Shown here: positions 56,301 to 60,000 of the stretch, piece by piece
How positions within the stretch are numbered: position 1 is the stretch's first letter
Layout: each line of letters starts with the position of its first letter
NCBI RefSeq assembly: GCF_037042905.1
Contig: NC_087252.1
Span: forward strand, 6,946,001 to 7,006,000
Length of the DNA: 60,000 nucleotides
Direction of reading: 5' to 3'
DNA from: Lytechinus pictus
Lineage: Eukaryota
Notes under the pieces: generated by a model
Databases searched by the model: none
What the model was told of the DNA's origin: nothing
Seen by the model: the letters and a program-made list of their open reading frames with translations, nothing else
Translations under genes and position numbers: made by a program

Positions 56301-59300
56301 GCCTAGTGCGCGCGCGTACGTGCACGTCACAAAATTTATCCTCCCCGTCTGACTCCAACGAAAAAATTGGGTAAAGTTGAAATGATTTCCTATTTTGGGG
56401 ATTTTTCTCCACGTAGCTGTATATTTTTTTCATTTGGTAATCGAAATAGGTTTATAAAGGAAATAGTGGCAGAGGTTCTAGTACATAACAATTACGAAAA
56501 AGCTGAAAAACTTCATCGAATTAAACCAAACAAATCTCGGCTTCTGTAGAAGCCCGTCGTAGCTAAGTGAACGACACGCTGGGCTTCTGTGGAAGCCCGT
56601 CGCACGCAAAGGGATATGCATGTCCACTCCTTGCATTTCCCTCCTTCATGCAGTATTCCCTTTTCATCTTTCGACTAATCTCCCTTTTCTCTTTTCTTTT
56701 AATATTCAGCCTCCATTGCCTTTCCGTATACAGGCCTACTCCACTCGTTTCTTTTCCATTTCTTCAATTTATATATTTGTTTTACTCCCTTGCAAATACC
56801 ATGCAAGAAAGAGAAAACACGAAAATTATCACAAAAATATTGGCCTGTCATGTACCGCTAGCACTAACTTTAATAGGTAGCTAGAAATCCTTCCCTGACT
56901 CTGGCCGAGCTGAGCTGATATCTACGAAAGACCATTAGTGCCACGGAGAAAAAAAAAACTATTTCTACTAATCTGTAATAACAGATTACGGTACTTCAAC
57001 TAATCTGTTTAAACAGATTATAATCTGTAATAACAGATTACGGTATTTCTACTAATCTGTTATAACAGATTACGGTACTTCAACTAATCTGTTTAAACAG
57101 ATTATAATCTGTAATAACAGATTACAGTATTTCTACTAATCTGTTTAAACAGATTATAATCTGTAATAACAGATTACGGTATTTCTACTAATCTGTTATA
57201 ACAGATTACAGTACTTCAACTAATCTGTTTAAACAGATTATAATCTGTAATAACAGATTAAGGTATTTCTACTAATCTGTTATAACAGATTACAGTACTT
57301 CAACTAATCTGTTTAAACAGATTATAATCTGTAATAACAGATTGCGGTATTTCTACTAATCTGTTATAACAGATTATAATCTGTAATAACAGATTACGGT
57401 ATTTCTACTAATATGTAATAACAGATTACGGTATTTCTTCTAATCTGTAATAACAGATTATAATCTGTTATTACAGATTACCGTAGTCTGTTACGTTCTA
57501 TAATCGAAAATCATGTTGTTACAAATATAACTGATGGTCGGTCAAGCGTGCAGGACAGGACATCTGGAGCTGCATTATAGCTTATACCCTTTTACATTTT
57601 CAATGTCGCTAACGATCCTTTGGAACAGGACCTTCTTGTGACAATGGAATGTGAAGGCTTGGTTCGGAATAGACCAAAAGCTTCGGTCTCTGTTATGTTG
57701 GTTGTTCAGCTGAACTCCGTTGGCTTCACTCACCAAATACAGAGACCGAAGTTCTAGCGCGATCTGTACAGGGGACTCAATAGCCATATGTTTATGTACT
57801 TAAGATCGGATAAAACGGGGAAGTGAATTTGCGCGACAGCGGAGGTAAGTCACTGTTTTTGTTCCTTTTAACTTGTTTTTTCTCAGTTTTTTGGCAATTA
57901 ATGCCAAGAGGGAATATTAATTTGCATTTTGGTCGCGTTAATTTTCAAAATTTCCTGTAGTTCCTGTAGAATAAAGCAAGCTACATCTAACTCATCAGTA
58001 TGGTTTTTACGACGATAAAGACCAAGGGCTCGCAACTTTCTGTTCAGTGTTCGTTTGCTTATCGCTACATTGTGATTGAATAAAAGAGAAGCAATGATTT
58101 CGTTGTAATTATAGCCTAAAATAAAATAATTCCGAACCAAGCCTTCACATTCCATTGTCACAAGAAGGTCCTGTTCCAAAGGATCGTTAGCGACATTGAA
58201 AATGTAAAAGGGTATAGCTATAATGCAGCTCCAGATGTCCTGTCCTGCACGCTTGACCGGCCATCAGTTATATTTGTAACAACATGATTTTCGATTATAG
58301 AACGTAACAGACTACGGTAATCTGTAATAACAGATTATAATCTGTTATTACAGATTAGAAGAAATACCGTAATCTGTTATTACAGATTAGTAGAAATACC
58401 GTAATCTGTTATTACAGATTATAATCTGTTATAACAGATTAGTAGAAATACCGTAATCTGTTATTACAGATTATAATCTGTTTAAACAGATTAGTTGAAG
58501 TACCGTAATCTGTTATTACAGATTATAATCTGTTTAAACAGATTAGTAGAAATACTGTAATCTGTTAGTAATCTGTTAGTAGAACAGATTAGTAGAAATA
58601 CTGTAATCTGTTAGTAATCTGTTAGTAGAACAGATTAGTAGAAATACCGTAATCTGTTATAACAGATTAGTAGAAAGTGTGGGGTTTTTTTCTCCGTGGC
58701 ACTAATGGTCTTTCGTAGGTTCTCGGTTTTTCACGCACACTCGTCTGGGCGTACGCGCGGGATAGTACGTATATATCGGTGAAAATACTTCGATTAAAAT
58801 CGTCTAGAACTAGACTAGTATTTTCACCGCTCTTGCTTACGGAGTGTTTCACACACAGACATAAAGGTCTGAAAACAGCCGAGAAAGACTACACAGGGCG
58901 ACGGTTTTCAGCACTGATTCACGCTTCGGTAAACGTAACTATCTCGGAAAAGAGACTTTTCAAACGATCTCTGAAAACCGGAAGGTTCTTTTAAAAGATT
59001 GGTACGAATTTTGGCCGCAGTGGTGATTTCATAGTAATGTAAGGCAATGACAACTCTTCCATTCACTCCAAAAAATGAAATTACTATTTCTTTCAAAAGT
59101 TTTACTTCACATTATATTATAATTTTAAGACATTTTGTGACATAACACAATATGCAACCTTTAATACAGTATGACTACTGCCCCATGTCGCATGTAAACG
59201 ACTTTGAAAACGACTATTCTTACTTACTATGAATATCTAAATCTGTTGATTCTTGTCTTTCCAGCTCTGTAAGCTGATAGCCAGTAGCCCGACATTCCAA

Positions 59301-59866
59301 AGTCTGTAAATGATTTTCTTGAGTTGCTGGGAATGTGAACACACTCTTTGTATTAGATAATGGTGGATTAGATGGTGCTGTTGGGTGTGTTTGCACTATC
59401 GTCTTGCCATTGCCATTAGTCTGTTCAACACCATTCAGATAACATGTGATGTTAACTGGTGGTTTGCCTCCAACAACTTCACATGTTGCTTCATACATAT
59501 CCTCTCCACTGCTACTTACAAAACTTCTTACAGTTGGTCCAGTTAAAGTTCCTGGAACTAAAATCAGAGAAAAAAATATGCAAGTGACGATTTGATAGTA
59601 CACATTAATTTGGTTTATACCAACTTTTATATGGGACCCTGCAGAAAACAAGTGGAATACTGGTCCTAAAAAAACTAAATAATTATAGGAATAAAGAAAA
59701 TTTTGACAGAATTAAAAGGTGATGCAGATCACCGAATAACGATTTCATGTAAAAATTAAGAAATTGGAAAATGGGGTAATGATATTATCAACAGCATCCC
59801 TTTTGCTTCATACATATCCTCATGGTTTACCAAGGTACTGATCAGTCAATGTCACACTTGGTGCAG
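26265..59866 (-). CDS. Ig-domain receptor tyrosine kinase-like protein (RET/FGFR/Tie-like fold), predicted pseudokinase; multi-exon and 5'-incomplete. Exons: 59866-59831, 59557-59228, 40330-40058, 39246-39220, 34646-34494, 33887-33860, 32321-32251, 31125-30955, 30516-30412, 29786-29605, 29221-29117, 28802-28697, 28103-28007, 27099-27000, 26324-26265
   Basis: 15 exons with AG/GT boundaries join with compatible phases into a stop-free frame of 1844 nt ending TGA. Order is Ig, Ig, stalk, TM, then kinase motifs GRGDFGEV, PNIV, AWQVAKGMQFLASKK, KISDYG, RWSSPE, DIWSFGIVLWEIVTLG, PYP and CW. Confidence 0.9.
27000..27099 (-). CDS. Kinase subdomain XI (YAVMTGCWDKEPQNRSNF)
   Basis: CWxxxPxxRxxF motif; aaag/gtaaga boundaries. 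Confidence 0.92.
27195..27794. mobile_element. Degraded TTAA-type (Kolobok-like) palindromic MITE
   Basis: Right end CCCGGAATACCCCTTTAG; same layout as the copies at 31295-31873 and 33149-33744. Confidence 0.5.
28007..28103 (-). CDS. Kinase subdomain X (GARPYPNM...GYQIPRPRHCAQEV)
   Basis: Within ORF 28003..28209; typical TK GxxPY and GYxxxxPxxC motifs. Confidence 0.92.
28697..28802 (-). CDS. Kinase subdomains VIII-IX (PSRWSSPE...DIWSFGIVLWEIVTLG)
   Basis: Canonical tyrosine-kinase alphaF motif; atag/gtaag boundaries. Confidence 0.93.
29117..29221 (-). CDS. Kinase subdomains VIb-VII (IIHGALCAHNVLV...KISDYGL)
   Basis: Within ORF 29087..29308; ttcag/gtaagt boundaries. Confidence 0.92.
29605..29786 (-). 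CDS. Kinase subdomains V-VIa with short insert (YEFISGGTLL...TYSNL...AWQVAKGMQFLASKK)
   Basis: FGFR/RET-like alphaE helix; gcag/gtattt boundaries. Confidence 0.9.
29801..30014. mobile_element. CACT/EnSpm-type palindromic MITE
   Basis: Right end CACCGCAGTTTTTACAGTGT with decayed left end ACACATCAAAAACTGTGGTG; internal AGAGGACCACACC inverted pair. Confidence 0.7.
30412..30516 (-). CDS. Kinase subdomains III-IV (QVLQAIKVLYELSDQPNIVKCLGYC)
   Basis: PNIV..LG.C motif; cttag/gtacgt boundaries. Confidence 0.88.
30955..31125 (-). CDS. Kinase subdomains I-II (IGRGDFGEVWKG...DVAIR)
   Basis: Gly-rich loop; atacag acceptor; donor gtgatg is weak and an alternative donor 6 nt further is possible. Confidence 0.88.
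31295..31873. mobile_element. Degraded TTAA-type (Kolobok-like) palindromic MITE
   Basis: AGGGATACTCCGAGCTGAAAA ... TTTTCAACCATGGGTACCCGTTTAA. Confidence 0.55.
32251..32321 (-). CDS. RTK juxtamembrane exon SNEINIPQEMNDNVAYEMIQSGNR
   Basis: ttttacag/gtgag boundaries; 71 nt, phase 2->1. Confidence 0.8.
32680..33120. repeat. Degenerate (GT)/(GAGT)-rich low-complexity tract
   Basis: Directly visible. Confidence 0.75.
33149..33744. mobile_element. TTAA-flanked (Kolobok-like) MITE, ~590 bp
   Basis: TTAA|AGGGGAATCCAA ... TTGGATTCCCCT|TTAA. Confidence 0.85.
33860..33887 (-). CDS. RTK juxtamembrane micro-exon (28 nt): EFHESKNNK
   Basis: actag/gtaagt boundaries; its phase 1->2 shift is needed to keep the next exon in frame. 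Confidence 0.75.
34494..34646 (-). CDS. RTK exon: stalk plus transmembrane helix (AYAGIAILAILLVASIIINIIQFILL-RRKTK)
   Basis: Hydrophobic run followed by basic stop-transfer residues; ccag/gtaatt boundaries; 153 nt. Confidence 0.88.
36340..37067. mobile_element. Tc1/mariner-type MITE
   Basis: ACTCCTCAAAAAAAGTTTG ... CAAACTTTTTTTAGGGGTATA inverted ends flanked by TA. Confidence 0.65.
39220..39246 (-). CDS. RTK micro-exon (27 nt): Thr/Pro stalk TTNLPPTT
   Basis: atcag acceptor after a pyrimidine tract, gtatgt donor; phase 1-1; composition matches the adjacent stalk. Confidence 0.7.
40058..40330 (-). CDS. RTK exon, membrane-proximal Ig-like domain (VTCTAQNEPSP...GTEYTCMAGNYLG)
   Basis: Ig YxCxAxNxxG motif; ctatag/gtaaga boundaries; 273 nt, phase 1-1. 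Confidence 0.9.
40966..44322. mobile_element. Foldback element with ~900/830-bp inverted arms (TATG...CATA termini, IS3EU-like)
   Basis: 40966-41880 is the reverse complement of ~43492-44322; 12-bp AATTCACGACGA subterminal repeats. Confidence 0.8.
41636..43489. mobile_element. Full-length-looking hAT-like non-autonomous element with GCTCGCGCTTCGCGCTCGC array
   Basis: CATAGGCGGATCC ... GGATCCTCCCCTG ends; more than 12 motif copies. Confidence 0.75.
46380..49795 (+). mobile_element. Decayed CR1-group (Crack-like) LINE: APE endonuclease plus reverse transcriptase ORF2 broken by frameshifts and stops
   Basis: HVNSRSL, IGISETW, GDFNINLL, LIDNIFTN (APE); NYRPIALL, QFGFRK, DLSKAF, GIPQGSVLGPLLFLLYLND, FADDT (RT); 3' UTR stem-loop and AATTG-type tail. 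Confidence 0.93.
50300..50572 (+). mobile_element. Isolated LINE 3' UTR/tail
   Basis: GGGGCTTGCC...GGCAAGTCCCT stem-loop followed by an AT-rich UTR and (AAATA)n tail. Confidence 0.5.
51039..52138. repeat. 1.1-kb imperfect palindrome (the MITE plus ~250-bp inverted flanks)
   Basis: 51039-51290 is the reverse complement of 51885-52138; mirrored ORFs 51116..51307(-) and 51869..52060(+). Confidence 0.9.
51291..51884. mobile_element. TTAA-flanked (Kolobok-like) palindromic MITE
   Basis: TTAAAGGACAAGTCCACCCCAACAAAA ... TTTTGTTGGGGTGGACTTGTCTTTAA. Confidence 0.88.
52432..56613. mobile_element. 4.2-kb non-autonomous piggyBac-like element
   Basis: ATAT|CCCTTTGCGTGCG ... CGCACGCAAAGGG|ATAT; repeated GGCTTCTGT(A/G)GAAGCCCGTCG subterminal motif; no transposase ORF. 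Confidence 0.75.
56960..57482. repeat. Tandem array of palindromic AATCTGT(T/A)ATAACAGATT units (mirror copy at 58318-58675)
   Basis: Alternating ~20- and ~32-bp units directly visible. Confidence 0.95.
57898..58155 (-). pseudogene. Truncated transposase N-terminus (HTH region) of IS3EU/IS481-like eukaryotic DDE type
   Basis: LVRNYFILGYNYNEIIASL...ISKRTLNRKLRALGLYRRKNH..LDVACFILQEL matches, from memory, the N-terminal pattern of these transposases; DDE core absent. Confidence 0.7.
59228..59557 (-). CDS. RTK exon, Ig-like domain (ATCEVVGGKPPVNITCYLNG...LECRATG)
   Basis: Within ORF 59220..59651; paired Ig cysteines; ttttag/gtaagt boundaries; 330 nt, phase 1-1. Confidence 0.9.
59831..59866 (-). 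CDS. RTK micro-exon (36 nt): APSVTLTDQYL, start of an Ig-like domain
   Basis: ctag acceptor and gtaaac donor; phase 1-1; joins the next exon as YL-V-PGTL. Confidence 0.7.
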
Positions 59867-60000
59867 CTAGAGAAAGAATAATGCAGGTTAATCCATTTAC
59901 TAAATCCATTTACTAAATACATTTACTAAATACTATCCTGCAAGAAATCTACGTTCCAAATCAAAATGTCAGTTGGCTTCCCAGTCGGTGTTAACAAATT

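Larger units (their letters stand above)
56923..58717. mobile_element. Foldback element (IS3EU-like) with ~750/590-bp inverted arms containing palindromic satellite arrays
   Basis: TACGAAAGACCATTAGTGCCACGGAGAAAAAA at both ends in inverted orientation; arms 56923-57670 and 58129-58717 near-identical apart from repeat number. Confidence 0.9.
45825..58817. mobile_element. 13-kb TIR element (AcademH-like termini) with perfect 9-bp TSD, filled with other repeats
   Basis: ~100-bp TIR starting TAGTCTAGTTCTAGACGATTTTAATCGAA; TSD GTATTTTCA at 45816-45824 and 58818-58826. Confidence 0.85.
40488..59164. mobile_element. Putative outer TTAA-flanked (Kolobok-like) element hosting the nested insertions
   Basis: TTAA|AAGTGGCAT at left and ATGCAACCT|TTAA at right (7/9 inverted match); left subterminal resembles the 33149 MITE; pairing of the two ends is inferred. 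Confidence 0.45.

Noticed and set aside
56960..58675. CRISPR-like array of palindromic repeats
   Set aside because: Linkers are short and recurrent rather than unique spacers; no cas genes; lies inside transposon TIRs in eukaryotic DNA
26265..59866. Assigning a gene symbol (RET, FGFR, TIE1, PTK7)
   Set aside because: Similarity is only at family level; the ectodomain is incomplete and orthology needs a phylogeny

Overview
AT-rich, repeat-dense animal genomic DNA. The repeat families suggest an echinoderm, probably a sea urchin (inference). There is no prokaryotic gene, rRNA, tRNA or CRISPR array. The one clearly intact gene is the 3' part of a minus-strand receptor tyrosine kinase-like gene (59866->26265). 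I assembled 15 GT-AG exons by hand, all in phase (~613 aa; the 5' end lies beyond the window). It encodes two Ig-like domains, a Thr/Pro stalk, one TM helix and a RET/FGFR-like kinase fold. The kinase has lost the VAIK lysine (VAIR), the alphaC glutamate and the HRD aspartate (HGA), so it looks like a receptor pseudokinase, and it carries an ITAM-like YEMI-x6-YTAL juxtamembrane motif. Its 18.9-kb intron (40331-59227) is a nest of transposons: a 13-kb TIR element with a perfect 9-bp TSD, a decayed CR1-group LINE, a piggyBac-like element with an ATAT TSD, a 1.1-kb palindrome and two foldback elements, one carrying a truncated IS3EU-like transposase N-terminus. Positions 1-26000 hold mostly non-autonomous DNA transposons, transposon-borne satellites, LINE remnants and microsatellites.
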